The notes: a model not told the origin generated them from the sequence alone. A stretch of 64,000 nt of DNA from an uncultured Candidatus Saccharibacteria bacterium (GCA_964600255.1 CAZRIX010000003.1:6476-70475); one strand, 5' to 3'. Shown: positions 49,807-59,232, numbered from the stretch's first letter. Numbers and translations: made by a program.

Positions 49807-49818
49807 GTGTTTATAAGA
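49765..49818 (+). repeat. 54-bp exact direct repeat, copy 2
   Basis: Identical to 48732-48785 and spans the stop codon. Confidence 0.95.
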
Positions 49819-49834
49819 ATAAATAAATGATTGG

Positions 49835-49866
49835 AAAGAGCTGGTATAATAATACTGGCTCTTTTT
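49835..49866 (+). terminator. Terminator hairpin overlapping a -10 box
   Basis: AAAGAGCTGGTAT/ATACTGGCTCTTT (two G-U pairs) containing TGgTATAAT. Confidence 0.7.
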
Positions 49867-49884
49867 ATTAACAATTACTTATTT

Positions 49885-51300
49885 ATGACTAAAATTTCAA
49901 TCAAATCTTTTATACTATTTTTAATTCTTGCTGCAATAATTACCACCCCGGGTGTGGTTTTTGGTCAGAGTATAGGTTCCAAAGCGCAAGCATACTGGGA
50001 GCAAGCTTTATATAGATTTGGGTTAATTAAGCAAATAGAACCTGTTTTCCCAGATTCAGATTTGGATACTTATGAATCTGGTAGTCTAGTCGTACCAAAC
50101 ATTACAAATATTACACCTGCGACTTCAAGAGTGGGTAAAATTGTTACAATAAATGGCTCAGGTTTTAGAGGGTTGAAAGCTTCAGATATACATATTGAGA
50201 ATGGAGTAGAAATAGCTTATGCTACAGTTCTTCCAAATAAGATTAATTTTATAACTCCAAATATAAAGGACGGCGTTTATGATATTAGTGTAGTAGGATC
50301 AGGTGGAGAATCAAATAAGGTTAAGTTGAATATCTCGAAATACACTTCAATAATAAAGAGTAAAAACAATAGTAATGTTCAAAAAAATACTAATGTTAAT
50401 TACCTCAATCAAAATCAGTCTTACCAAGTATACACAAATACACCTACCGTAGAGCAGGGGATTCATGTTGAAAGAAGTAATACACAAAGCATAAATAGAA
50501 ATGATAATGTTTATATTAATCAATCAACACAAGATGAGACAGAATCTTTCCCACCTAGAATAGTAAGGGTTACGCCAAACCGTGCGAAAACAAATGATCC
50601 TATTGAGTTACTCGGAGTAAACTTTTCAGGGTCAGGTATAGAGTTAAGTATATTAACTAGTGGTGGGGGTGTCGTTACCAAGCCTGCTATTACTTCTTCA
50701 AATCAGAATAAAATTTATTTTAACACTCCATCAATACCAGCAGGTGATTACAAGATATCAGTTAAGCGTGGCGGAGCTATTTCAAATGAAGTTTCATTTA
50801 GTGTTATCGATCAGGTAGTTGTGGTTCCAGAACAGCCTGCTACACCTAATCCCAATACTCCTCCTGATCCAGTGCAGGTAGTTCCAGTATCACCACCAGT
50901 TGTTCCAGTCGTACCCGTTTCTGTTCCAAACCTAGTGCCAGCTCCAAAGCCTGCCGCACCGCCAGTACCTACTGTTATATCTAATGATTTAATACCAAAG
51001 ATTATTTCTATATCGCCTACGTCTGGATCTTTCGGTAATTTGGTAACAATCACGGGATTGAATTTTACTGGTGTTGTAACTGATTTATTGTTTATTACCA
51101 ATGCTACTGGCTCTATTAGTCCAGAGATAATATCAAAATCGTCTACGAGTATCACATTCAAGTTGCCAAATATACCCGCAGGCGTATACAAAATATATCT
51201 TGCAGCTGATGGTGGAATATCAAATGAAGTTGAATTCTCAGTCTATATGCCCGGCAATCAAGTTTCAAATGTGTTTGACTGGCTACTTGGATTATTCTAG
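49885..51300 (+). CDS. Secreted IPT/TIG-repeat protein with Pro/Val-rich linker
   Basis: Signal peptide and three IPT/TIG repeats paralogous to those of 45480. Tail VSNVFDWLLGLF. Confidence 0.82.
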   Translation: MTKISIKSFILFLILAAIITTPGVVFGQSIGSKAQAYWEQALYRFGLIKQIEPVFPDSDLDTYESGSLVVPNITNITPATSRVGKIVTINGSGFRGLKASDIHIENGVEIAYATVLPNKINFITPNIKDGVYDISVVGSGGESNKVKLNISKYTSIIKSKNNSNVQKNTNVNYLNQNQSYQVYTNTPTVEQGIHVERSNTQSINRNDNVYINQSTQDETESFPPRIVRVTPNRAKTNDPIELLGVNFSGSGIELSILTSGGGVVTKPAITSSNQNKIYFNTPSIPAGDYKISVKRGGAISNEVSFSVIDQVVVVPEQPATPNPNTPPDPVQVVPVSPPVVPVVPVSVPNLVPAPKPAAPPVPTVISNDLIPKIISISPTSGSFGNLVTITGLNFTGVVTDLLFITNATGSISPEIISKSSTSITFKLPNIPAGVYKIYLAADGGISNEVEFSVYMPGNQVSNVFDWLLGLF

Positions 51301-51355
51301 TGTGGATAAGTTAGTTGTGACAAAATATAGGTGATGTATAATGTACTCACTACCC

Positions 51356-51397
51356 AAGAAGGCGTTCTGCAAAAAAGCAGACGTCTTCTTTCTTTTT
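51356..51397 (+). terminator. Intrinsic terminator-like hairpin
   Basis: AAGAAGGCGTTCTGC/GCAGACGTCTTCTT stem with a T tract. TATAAT lies just upstream at 51337. Confidence 0.7.
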
Positions 51398-51459
51398 ATT
51401 CCTTAAACAAATTAGGAATAGAACAACGGGTTATCAATTAATAAAAATTAACAAACTAT

Positions 51460-52227
51460 ATGGTAAGTAAATATTTCAACTATGTATTGGTTCTAGCTAT
51501 GCTCATAGGAGTAAGTGCACCTTTGCCACAGGTAAAGAATCAGATTACAAGTCTACTAGATTCAACAACTATATCTAGTAACTCAGCTCTTGCATTCGGT
51601 TCTGTAACTTCATCACCTTTACAGAGCCAGTGTTCTACACCAGAACAAGTAATAAACATTCTTGCTAGAGCAGGTATAATTCCTACTTCAAAAGTGAACG
51701 ATGCTTTTAGAATAGTGAAGTCACTTCCAGGTAGTGATGGAAGTCCAGTACCAGTTCCTGAGAATAAAGGAACAGCATCAAGTACTGCATCAACTACTCA
51801 GTCAAATGTTGTAGTTACAACTTGGACAGTTGCAAGAGGTACTTCAACCGTTTCGCAGAACGGAGTATGGATCGCAGCATATCCAATGGTATCTATTACT
51901 GTTACAAATAATGGAAATAACCCAGCCTACATAAATAAGGACATGCGAGTTGCATTCCCAACTACAATTATGGGCGCTTCAGCGAATGTATCGATCTCAA
52001 ATGTAACAGCAACAGGTTCTACTTCTGGAGACACTGTTGGTTCATATATAATTAATAATTCAAGAACTTTCAAGATAAACTACACAGTTGAAAATAGAAG
52101 TGGATCAAGTACACCTACTATATTAAAGGTGGCGAAGATGAACTATGGGTACGGAACATCAGCTGGTCAGGATAGTAATTTAAGTAGTGTTGAGAATATA
52201 CAATCACTATTAATACAGCTACCTTAA
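51460..52227 (+). CDS. Secreted Ser/Thr-rich hypothetical protein
   Basis: N-terminal hydrophobic signal, a short helical segment (VINILARAGIIP) and a beta-rich C-terminus. Confidence 0.75.
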   Translation: MVSKYFNYVLVLAMLIGVSAPLPQVKNQITSLLDSTTISSNSALAFGSVTSSPLQSQCSTPEQVINILARAGIIPTSKVNDAFRIVKSLPGSDGSPVPVPENKGTASSTASTTQSNVVVTTWTVARGTSTVSQNGVWIAAYPMVSITVTNNGNNPAYINKDMRVAFPTTIMGASANVSISNVTATGSTSGDTVGSYIINNSRTFKINYTVENRSGSSTPTILKVAKMNYGYGTSAGQDSNLSSVENIQSLLIQLP

Positions 52228-52256
52228 TCAACCAAGGTAGACACAATCAAATATAG

Positions 52257-52303
52257 TTGACTTAAAAGCGCGTACTATGCTACTATAGCGAGTACGCGTT
52301 TTT
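52257..52303 (+). promoter_or_regulatory. tuf promoter embedded in a terminator hairpin
   Basis: TTGACT-18 bp-TACTAT (TG extended), with the -10 in the loop of AAAAGCGCGTACT/AGTACGCGTTTTT. Confidence 0.6.
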
Positions 52304-52394
52304 GCGTTGGTGTGCTTGCTACTCTTAGTTAGTATTACAGTATTAAGTTAAATAGGTATTTATTTAGTTTTATTAATTTATTTTTATATAATTT

Positions 52395-53585
52395 ATGGCA
52401 ACAGCAGATTTTAATCGTACAAAGCCTCACGTAAACGTGGGAACAATCGGTCACGTTGACCACGGTAAGACTACTCTTACAACATCAATCCTAGCCGTAC
52501 AGTCTAAGGATGGATTGGCTCAACTAAAGGCATATGCAGATATTGCAAAGGGAGGAACAGTCCGCGATGCAACAAAGGTTGTTACTATTTCTCTTGCTCA
52601 CGTAGAATACGAAAGTAATACAAGACACTACGCACACATCGATGCCCCAGGACACGCAGACTATATTAAGAACATGATTACAGGTGCCGCTCAGATGGAC
52701 GGTGCTATTCTAGTAGTTTCAGCTCTTGATGGAGTTATGCCACAGACAAGAGAGCACATTCTTCTTGCAAAGCAGGTTGGTGTTCCTCAAATCGTAGTTT
52801 TCCTAAACAAGTGTGATATGGTTCCTGAAGCAGATCTTCTAGATCTAGTTGAAGAAGAGGTGCGTGATCTTCTTACAAAGAACGGATTTGATGGAAAGGG
52901 AGCTCCAGTTATCAGAGGATCAGCTCTTGGTGCTATGGAAGGAAAGCCAGAATGGGTTGCTAAGATCAAGGATCTTATGAATGCTCTTGATACATATATT
53001 CCTATGCCAGTTCGCGAAGTTGATAAGCCATTCCTTATGCCTATCGAAGACATCTTCTCAATCGAAGGTCGCGGTACTGTAGTAACAGGAAGAGTAGAGA
53101 GAGGTACTCTAAACCTTAACGATGAAGTAGAAATCATTGGTTTCAAGGATACATCAAAGACAGTTGTTACAGGTATTGAAATGTTCAACAAGTCTCTAAA
53201 GCAAGCTCTTGCCGGAGACAATGCTGGTCTTCTACTAAGAGGAACAGGTAAGGATGATGTTACTCGTGGTATGGTTCTTGCAAAGACTGGTTCAGTAAAG
53301 CCTCACACAGACTTTGAAGCTGAAGTATACATCCTAAAGAAGGAAGAGGGAGGTCGTCACACACCATTCTTCACAGGATACAAGCCTCAGTTCTACATCA
53401 GAACAACTGACGTTACAGGAGAAGTGGCTCTAGCAGCAGGAGTAGAAATGGTTATGCCAGGAGATACAGTTACTTTCAAGGTAAAGCTTGTATCACCAGT
53501 AGCTATGGAAGACAAGATGAGATTTGCTATCCGTGAGGGAGGCAAGACTGTAGGTGCCGGTGTCGTAACAAAGATTGTTGCGTAA
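52395..53585 (+). CDS. tuf: Elongation factor Tu (atypical switch I)
   Basis: [21 protein letters not shown] and FAIREGG motifs. Confidence 0.98.
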   Translation: MATADFNRTKPHVNVGTIGHVDHGKTTLTTSILAVQSKDGLAQLKAYADIAKGGTVRDATKVVTISLAHVEYESNTRHYAHIDAPGHADYIKNMITGAAQMDGAILVVSALDGVMPQTREHILLAKQVGVPQIVVFLNKCDMVPEADLLDLVEEEVRDLLTKNGFDGKGAPVIRGSALGAMEGKPEWVAKIKDLMNALDTYIPMPVREVDKPFLMPIEDIFSIEGRGTVVTGRVERGTLNLNDEVEIIGFKDTSKTVVTGIEMFNKSLKQALAGDNAGLLLRGTGKDDVTRGMVLAKTGSVKPHTDFEAEVYILKKEEGGRHTPFFTGYKPQFYIRTTDVTGEVALAAGVEMVMPGDTVTFKVKLVSPVAMEDKMRFAIREGGKTVGAGVVTKIVA

Positions 53586-53603
53586 TATAATTAATTAACT
53601 ATC

Positions 53604-53999
53604 ATGACTATCGCAACTGAAACAAAGACTGTAAAGAAGACAACAAAACCTGCTCCAGTAAAGAAGGCTGTTAAGGTTGGTGTTGAAGGCGAAGTTACAA
53701 AACTTAGAATAAGAGTTCGTGCTTATGAACACAAGATTCTAGATGCTTCTCTAAAGCAGATCATGGATACTGCGATCCGTTATGATGTTAAGTTCTACGG
53801 CCCAATTCCACTTCCAACTGAGATCAAGAAGTACACAGTAAACCGTGCTTCATTCGTATTCAAGAATGCTCGCGAGCAGTTCGAGATGCGTGTTCACAAG
53901 CGTTTGATTGATATTTTGAATCCAAATCAAAAGATCATCGAGGCTCTTACAAACCTAAGTCTTCCATCAGGAGTAAATATTGATGTGAAAATGATGTAA
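53604..53999 (+). CDS. rpsJ: 30S ribosomal protein S10 (N-terminal extension)
   Basis: GPIPLPT and REQFEMRVHKRLID motifs. Confidence 0.96.
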   Translation: MTIATETKTVKKTTKPAPVKKAVKVGVEGEVTKLRIRVRAYEHKILDASLKQIMDTAIRYDVKFYGPIPLPTEIKKYTVNRASFVFKNAREQFEMRVHKRLIDILNPNQKIIEALTNLSLPSGVNIDVKMM

Positions 54000-54020
54000 T
54001 ACTGTAATTAATATACTGCA

Positions 54021-54587
54021 ATGAAAATCAATAAGAAATTTATTCTAGGAAGAAAGGTAAGCATGTCACAAATCTTTGATAAAGATGGACTTGTTCAGCC
54101 TGTAACACTTGTAGAAGTAACTCCAGTTACTGTTTCTCAAGTTAAGTCTAAGGATACAGACGGTTATACAGCTGTTCAAATCACAACAAAGAAAGGTAAG
54201 AAGGATACAAAGAAGGAATTCAGAGTAAACGATCTTACACAGAAGGTTGGTGACACTATTGATTTATCTCAGTTTGCAGTAGGAGAGACTATCGAAGTTA
54301 GTGCAATATCAAAGGGTAAGGGTTTCCAGGGTGTAGTTAAGAGACATGGTTTCGGAGGAGGTCCAAGATCACACGGTCAAAAGCACTCAGAACGTGAGCC
54401 AGGTTCTATCGGAGGAGGTCTTAGAAATAAGGTGCCAAAGAAAATGAGAATGGCCGGAAGAATGGGTGGTGATCGTATCACAGTAAAGAACCTAAAGGTT
54501 GCTCATATTGACTCAGGAGCCAATACGCTTTATATTTCAGGAGCAATCCCAGGAAGACGCGGAACACTTATCGAAATCAAAGGATAA
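54021..54587 (+). CDS. rplC: 50S ribosomal protein L3
   Basis: SKGKGFQGVVKRH and MAGRMG motifs. Confidence 0.96.
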   Translation: MKINKKFILGRKVSMSQIFDKDGLVQPVTLVEVTPVTVSQVKSKDTDGYTAVQITTKKGKKDTKKEFRVNDLTQKVGDTIDLSQFAVGETIEVSAISKGKGFQGVVKRHGFGGGPRSHGQKHSEREPGSIGGGLRNKVPKKMRMAGRMGGDRITVKNLKVAHIDSGANTLYISGAIPGRRGTLIEIKG

Positions 54588-54604
54588 TACTTTTACACAA
54601 AATT

Positions 54605-55255
54605 ATGGAAACAACATTATACAATCAAAAAGGTAAAGAAGCTGGAAAGATCAAAATTCCAGAAGCAGTCTTTGGACTATCTTGGAATGCAGACTTGGTT
54701 CACCAGGTTGTTGTTTCTATGACTTCATCAATGCGTCATACTATTGCTAACACAAAGACTCGTGGAGAGGTAAGCGGAGGAGGTAAGAAGCCATGGCAAC
54801 AGAAGGGCACAGGACGCGCTAGACACGGTTCTACACGTTCTCCTATCTGGGTAGGTGGAGGTATTGCACACGGACCACGTGCTGACAAGAACTACGATCG
54901 TAAGATCAATAAGAAGGCAAAAACAAAGGCACTTTATACTATTCTTTCAAAGAAGTTTAAGGATGGTGAAGTGCTTTTTGTTGACTCACTTTCATTCGCA
55001 ACTCCAAAGGCTAGTGATGCAAAGGCAACTCTTATGGCTTTCTCAGGCATCAAGGGATTCGAGAAATTTGCTACAAAGCCTCGCAATGTTGCGGTTATCA
55101 GTGTAGACAAGAAGTCTCCAACTATAACAAAGTCATTCAAGAACTTTGGTAATGTTGAGGTTGAAGAACTGAGAAATATTAACCCAGTTTCAATCCTAAA
55201 TCACAAGTATCTTGTTATTGCTAATCCTGCTGAATCACTAAAATCTTTAAATTAA
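54605..55255 (+). CDS. rplD: 50S ribosomal protein L4
   Basis: GGGKKPWQQKGTGRARHGS motif. Confidence 0.97.
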   Translation: METTLYNQKGKEAGKIKIPEAVFGLSWNADLVHQVVVSMTSSMRHTIANTKTRGEVSGGGKKPWQQKGTGRARHGSTRSPIWVGGGIAHGPRADKNYDRKINKKAKTKALYTILSKKFKDGEVLFVDSLSFATPKASDAKATLMAFSGIKGFEKFATKPRNVAVISVDKKSPTITKSFKNFGNVEVEELRNINPVSILNHKYLVIANPAESLKSLN

Positions 55256-55259
55256 TACT

Positions 55260-55529
55260 ATGACTACTATAATCAGACCAAGAATAACAGAGAAGGCAGG
55301 AATAATGAGTGAATCTCTTAACGTATATACTTTTGAAGTAAGCAAGAACTCTACAAAGGAGACAATTGCAAAGGAGGTTAAGACTCTCTACAAAGTTACT
55401 CCAGAGAAGATTAGAATCGTCAATCTTCCAGCAAGAGCCGTTGTGGTTCGAGGAAAGAGAGGTACACAGTCTGCAGTAAAAAAGGCACTTGTGTATCTAA
55501 AGAAGGGAGATAAGATCAACATTGCATAA
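55260..55529 (+). CDS. rplW: 50S ribosomal protein L23
   Basis: P.ITEKA and KKALVYL motifs, plus synteny. Confidence 0.95.
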   Translation: MTTIIRPRITEKAGIMSESLNVYTFEVSKNSTKETIAKEVKTLYKVTPEKIRIVNLPARAVVVRGKRGTQSAVKKALVYLKKGDKINIA

Positions 55530-55543
55530 TTATTAATACCAAC

Positions 55544-56401
55544 ATGAAAAGTTATAACCCAAATACACCATCAAGAAGAGGCATGACAACGATTCCATAT
55601 CGTGACTATATTACTGCCACAGAACCTCACAAGCCTCTTACAAAGGGTATGAAGAGAGATATGGGACGCAACTCATTTGGACGTATTACTGTACGTCACA
55701 AGGGAGGTGGTCACAAGAAGCTATACAGAATGGTGGATTTTGCTTATGACAAGAAGGATATTCCAGCAAAGGTACTAACTATCGAATACGATCCTTTTAG
55801 AACAGGATTCATTGCTCTAGTTCAGTACGCTGACGGAGAAAAGAGATATGTACTAGTTCCAAAGAGTGTTAAGGTCGGAGACAAGTTTATTGTTTCTGAA
55901 ACAGCACTAGTAGAAGTAGGTAACAGACTTCCTCTAAGAAAGATTCCAGTTGGTACATTTGTTTACAATATTGAGATCAAGCCTCAAGGTGGATCAAAGC
56001 TAGTTAGATCAGCTGGTTCATTTGCTCAAGTTATTGCTAACGACTCTGGATACACACACATCAAGCTTCCTTCAACCGAAGTTCGCAAGGTACACGACAA
56101 TGCATGGGCGACAATCGGTACTGTTTCAAATGATGAAAACCGTCTAGTTAATATTGGTAAAGCTGGCCGCTCTCGTTGGCTAGGTATCCGTCCTACTGTT
56201 CGAGGTTCTGCTCAAAACCCTGTGGATCACCCATACGGTGGAGGAGAGCAGAGAACAGGTCGAGGTCTCCGAAGATTGAAGACTCGATGGGGTAAGCCAG
56301 CTGGTAAGGGCCAGAAGACTCGAACTCCGAAGAAGTACTCAAATGTCTTCGTTGTCTCACGTCGAAGAGTCGGCAAGAATAAGGGAGATAAAAATGCTTA
56401 G
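55544..56401 (+). CDS. rplB: 50S ribosomal protein L2
   Basis: GRITVRHKGGG, EYDP, GKAGRSRW and NPVDHP motifs. Confidence 0.97.
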   Translation: MKSYNPNTPSRRGMTTIPYRDYITATEPHKPLTKGMKRDMGRNSFGRITVRHKGGGHKKLYRMVDFAYDKKDIPAKVLTIEYDPFRTGFIALVQYADGEKRYVLVPKSVKVGDKFIVSETALVEVGNRLPLRKIPVGTFVYNIEIKPQGGSKLVRSAGSFAQVIANDSGYTHIKLPSTEVRKVHDNAWATIGTVSNDENRLVNIGKAGRSRWLGIRPTVRGSAQNPVDHPYGGGEQRTGRGLRRLKTRWGKPAGKGQKTRTPKKYSNVFVVSRRRVGKNKGDKNA

Positions 56402-56478
56402 TAAATTGATAAAGTCAGTAAAAAAGTTAATAGATGGAATAATCACGCATTGTTTCCATAAGCTAGATAACTAGATTC

Positions 56479-56507
56479 TTGACTTAATTCAAAATTTTGA
56501 TTAGTAT
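56479..56507 (+). promoter_or_regulatory. Internal promoter before rpsS
   Basis: TTGACT-17 bp-TAGTAT in a 115-bp gap, 9 nt before the ATG. Confidence 0.6.
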
Positions 56508-56516
56508 AAAAAACCA

Positions 56517-56864
56517 ATGTCACGATCACTTTATAAAGGACCATATGTTGAGGAGCGATTATTGAAAAAGATCGCCGGAAAGAAACCTACTGAAACTGGG
56601 GTTATTAAGACATGGTATCGCAGAAGTCAGATCTCTCCAGAAATGGTTGGATTTATCTTCGGTGTATACAATGGACGCCAGCACGTAGAAGTTCTAGTAT
56701 CTGAGGAAATGGTAGGTCACAGACTTGGTGAATTTTCTCCAACTCGTAAGTTTATCAGACACGGAGGTAAGATGCAGAAGGAGCTAGAACAGAAGGCTAA
56801 GGAAGCCGAGATTAATGCTGCTAAGTCAGCAAAGGAAGCTGCAGCAGCTCCTGCTAAAAAATAA
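56517..56864 (+). CDS. rpsS: 30S ribosomal protein S19
   Basis: RSL.KGP and [13 protein letters not shown] motifs. Confidence 0.97.
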   Translation: MSRSLYKGPYVEERLLKKIAGKKPTETGVIKTWYRRSQISPEMVGFIFGVYNGRQHVEVLVSEEMVGHRLGEFSPTRKFIRHGGKMQKELEQKAKEAEINAAKSAKEAAAAPAKK

Positions 56865-56873
56865 TACAAATTT

Positions 56874-57260
56874 ATGATAACTGCATCACTAAACAATTAC
56901 AGACAGTCTCCAAGAAAGGTTAGAAGTGTGGCAAACCTAGTACGTGGTAAGTCAGTTGAACAAGCACTTAACACACTTAATTTCTTGAGTAAGAAGGCAG
57001 CAGATCCTCTATACGGTCTACTACTTTCTGCAGTAGCAAACGCAAAGAACAATTTTAATATTGAAAAGGACGGTCTTATAATAAAGGAGCTAAGAGTTGA
57101 TGTGGGTCCAATCATGAAGAGAAGAATGCCAAGAGCTCGTGGTAACTCTTATCCTATTAACAAGAGAACAAGTCATGTAAACTTGGTTTTGGATGTGAAG
57201 CCAGTCAAGGAAGCAAAGGTCAAAGAAGCAAAGGAAAAAGTTAAAAAAGAAAAGAAATAA
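56874..57260 (+). CDS. rplV: 50S ribosomal protein L22
   Basis: SPRKVR, SAVANA, PRARG and KRTSH motifs. Confidence 0.96.
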   Translation: MITASLNNYRQSPRKVRSVANLVRGKSVEQALNTLNFLSKKAADPLYGLLLSAVANAKNNFNIEKDGLIIKELRVDVGPIMKRRMPRARGNSYPINKRTSHVNLVLDVKPVKEAKVKEAKEKVKKEKK

Positions 57261-57264
57261 TTTT

Positions 57265-57942
57265 ATGTCACACTCAGTACACCCATTTTCACATAGACTA
57301 GGAGTTATACGCGATTGGAAGAGTCGCTGGATTGCTCGTGATAAGAATTACAGAAATGCTCTAAAGGCAGATCTACTTATCCGTAAGTTCCTTACAGACG
57401 AACTAAGATCTTTCTACCTATCTGATATTCAGATTGAGAGAAATCAAAAGGCTCTAAGAATCATCATCAGAAGTTCACGTCCTGGTATGATCATCGGAAG
57501 AAGTGGAGACGGTGTTACAAAGCTTCGCGACAAGATCCTAGCTATCCTTACAAAGAAGGGAATCAGTCTTGCAGGTCAAGAACTAAAGCTTGATATCGAA
57601 GAAGTAAGAACTCCAGAGGCTAATGCTGCTATCGTTGCTATGATGGTTGCTGAAGGTCTTGAGAAGCGTCTACCATTCAGACGTGTTCTAAAGCAGACTC
57701 TTGAGAAGGTATTAGCAAGTAAGGAGGTAAAGGGAGCAAAGATCAAGCTTTCAGGTCGTCTTGGAGGTGCTGAAATGGCACGCCGTGAAGATCTAAAGAA
57801 AGGTCAGATCCCTCTACAGACTCTACGTGCTGATATTGATTATGCTCGTGAGAAGGCCCACATGACTTATGGAGACATAGGTATAAAGGTTTGGATTTAT
57901 AAGGGCCAGATCTTCGAAAAGGATCTTAAAAATATAAAATAA
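57265..57942 (+). CDS. rpsC: 30S ribosomal protein S3
   Basis: RPGMIIGR, GRLGGAEMAR and PLQTLRADIDY motifs. Confidence 0.97.
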   Translation: MSHSVHPFSHRLGVIRDWKSRWIARDKNYRNALKADLLIRKFLTDELRSFYLSDIQIERNQKALRIIIRSSRPGMIIGRSGDGVTKLRDKILAILTKKGISLAGQELKLDIEEVRTPEANAAIVAMMVAEGLEKRLPFRRVLKQTLEKVLASKEVKGAKIKLSGRLGGAEMARREDLKKGQIPLQTLRADIDYAREKAHMTYGDIGIKVWIYKGQIFEKDLKNIK

Positions 57943-57946
57943 TACC

Positions 57947-58378
57947 ATGTTATTCCCTAAAAAAGTAAAATTCAGAAAGTGGCACACAGGCCGACAGAAC
58001 GCAAAGAAACTTGCGACTGCTGTTGATACACGCGGAGTTACTATCGCTTTCGGATCTTTTGGTCTAAAGGCTTTGAACTACGGAAGACTATCTTCAAATG
58101 AAATTGAAGCTGCTAGAAAGGCTATCGCAAAGTATGCCACAAAGTCAGGCAAGATCTGGACACGTGTTTTCCCAGACCGACCATTTACACAAAAGCCTCC
58201 AGAAGTTAAGCTAGGAAAGGGTAAGGGAGAACCTATGGGATTCGTAGCACCAGTTAAGGCAGGACGTATCCTCTTTGAAATTGACGGAGTTGATGATAAG
58301 GTAGCACAGGAGGCCCTACGATCTGCTGGTACTAAGATATCAGTTAAGACTAAGATCGTTAGTCGTAACATGATGTAA
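57947..58378 (+). CDS. rplP: 50S ribosomal protein L16
   Basis: PKKVKFRK, IEAAR and GKGKG motifs. Confidence 0.96.
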   Translation: MLFPKKVKFRKWHTGRQNAKKLATAVDTRGVTIAFGSFGLKALNYGRLSSNEIEAARKAIAKYATKSGKIWTRVFPDRPFTQKPPEVKLGKGKGEPMGFVAPVKAGRILFEIDGVDDKVAQEALRSAGTKISVKTKIVSRNMM

Positions 58379-58390
58379 TAATATTTGAAT

Positions 58391-58579
58391 ATGAAAGAAT
58401 TAAAGAATAAAAATGAAAAGGAACTACTAGCACTTATCGCAGATAAGAAGGCAGTTCTTCGTGATTTCAGATTCAACTCAACAGGTAGTAAGACAAAGAA
58501 TGTTAAGCTTGGTCAGACAACAAAGAAGGAGATTGCTCAAATCATGACAGAATTAAGTCTTAGAAAGAATACAAAATAA
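58391..58579 (+). CDS. rpmC: 50S ribosomal protein L29
   Basis: KKEIAQIMT motif, plus synteny. Confidence 0.92.
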   Translation: MKELKNKNEKELLALIADKKAVLRDFRFNSTGSKTKNVKLGQTTKKEIAQIMTELSLRKNTK

Positions 58580-58580
58580 T

Positions 58581-58850
58581 ATGAAAAAAACAGTTGTACA
58601 AAAGAATATCGAAGTTAAGGACGTACAGAGAAAGACTCTTTCTGGTATAGTAGTTTCTGACAAGATGAAGGATACTATTGTTGTAAGAGTTGGACGTTTC
58701 CTTAAGGATCCAAAGTATGGAAAGTTCATCACTTCTCACAAGAAGTATAAAGTTCATGACGCTGGAAATACAAAGAAGATTGGAGACAAAGTGACGATCG
58801 AGTCATGCAGACCAATGTCAAAGGACAAGTCTTTCAGAGTAATAGCATAA
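58581..58850 (+). CDS. rpsQ: 30S ribosomal protein S17
   Basis: VVSDKMKDT and CRPMSKDK motifs. Confidence 0.96.
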   Translation: MKKTVVQKNIEVKDVQRKTLSGIVVSDKMKDTIVVRVGRFLKDPKYGKFITSHKKYKVHDAGNTKKIGDKVTIESCRPMSKDKSFRVIA

Positions 58851-58860
58851 ATATAAATAT

Positions 58861-59232
58861 ATGATTCAACCTCGCTCAATAGTAAATATAACAGATAACT
58901 GCGGTGCAAAGATTGGCCGTATCTTCAAGGTACTTGGAAGTTCAAAGAAGAGATACGCTGAGATCGGAGACCAGGTTATTCTATCTGTACAGAAAGCTGA
59001 ACCAAGAAAGGCAATCAAGAAGAAGGATGTTCTATTGGGAGTAGTTGTACGCCAGGTAAAGGCATATAGAAGACTAGACGGATCATATATTCGTTTTGAT
59101 GAGAATGCAGTTGTTATCCTTGAAAAGGGAAAGAAGGAGCCAATTGCAGGACGTATATTCGGTCCTATACCTCGTGAGCTAGCTGAAAAGGGATTCCAGA
59201 CTATTGCTTCAAAGGCACCAGAAATAGTATAG
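58861..59232 (+). CDS. rplN: 50S ribosomal protein L14
   Basis: DNCGAK, IRFDENA and RIFGP motifs. Confidence 0.97.
   Translation: MIQPRSIVNITDNCGAKIGRIFKVLGSSKKRYAEIGDQVILSVQKAEPRKAIKKKDVLLGVVVRQVKAYRRLDGSYIRFDENAVVILEKGKKEPIAGRIFGPIPRELAEKGFQTIASKAPEIV

Noticed and set aside
45393-52303. CRISPR, integron or DGR interpretation of the repeats
   Set aside because: No regular repeat-spacer array, no attC GTTRRRY/RYYYAAC ends, no integrase or reverse transcriptase in the window, and the 54-bp copies have no adenine-specific mismatches.
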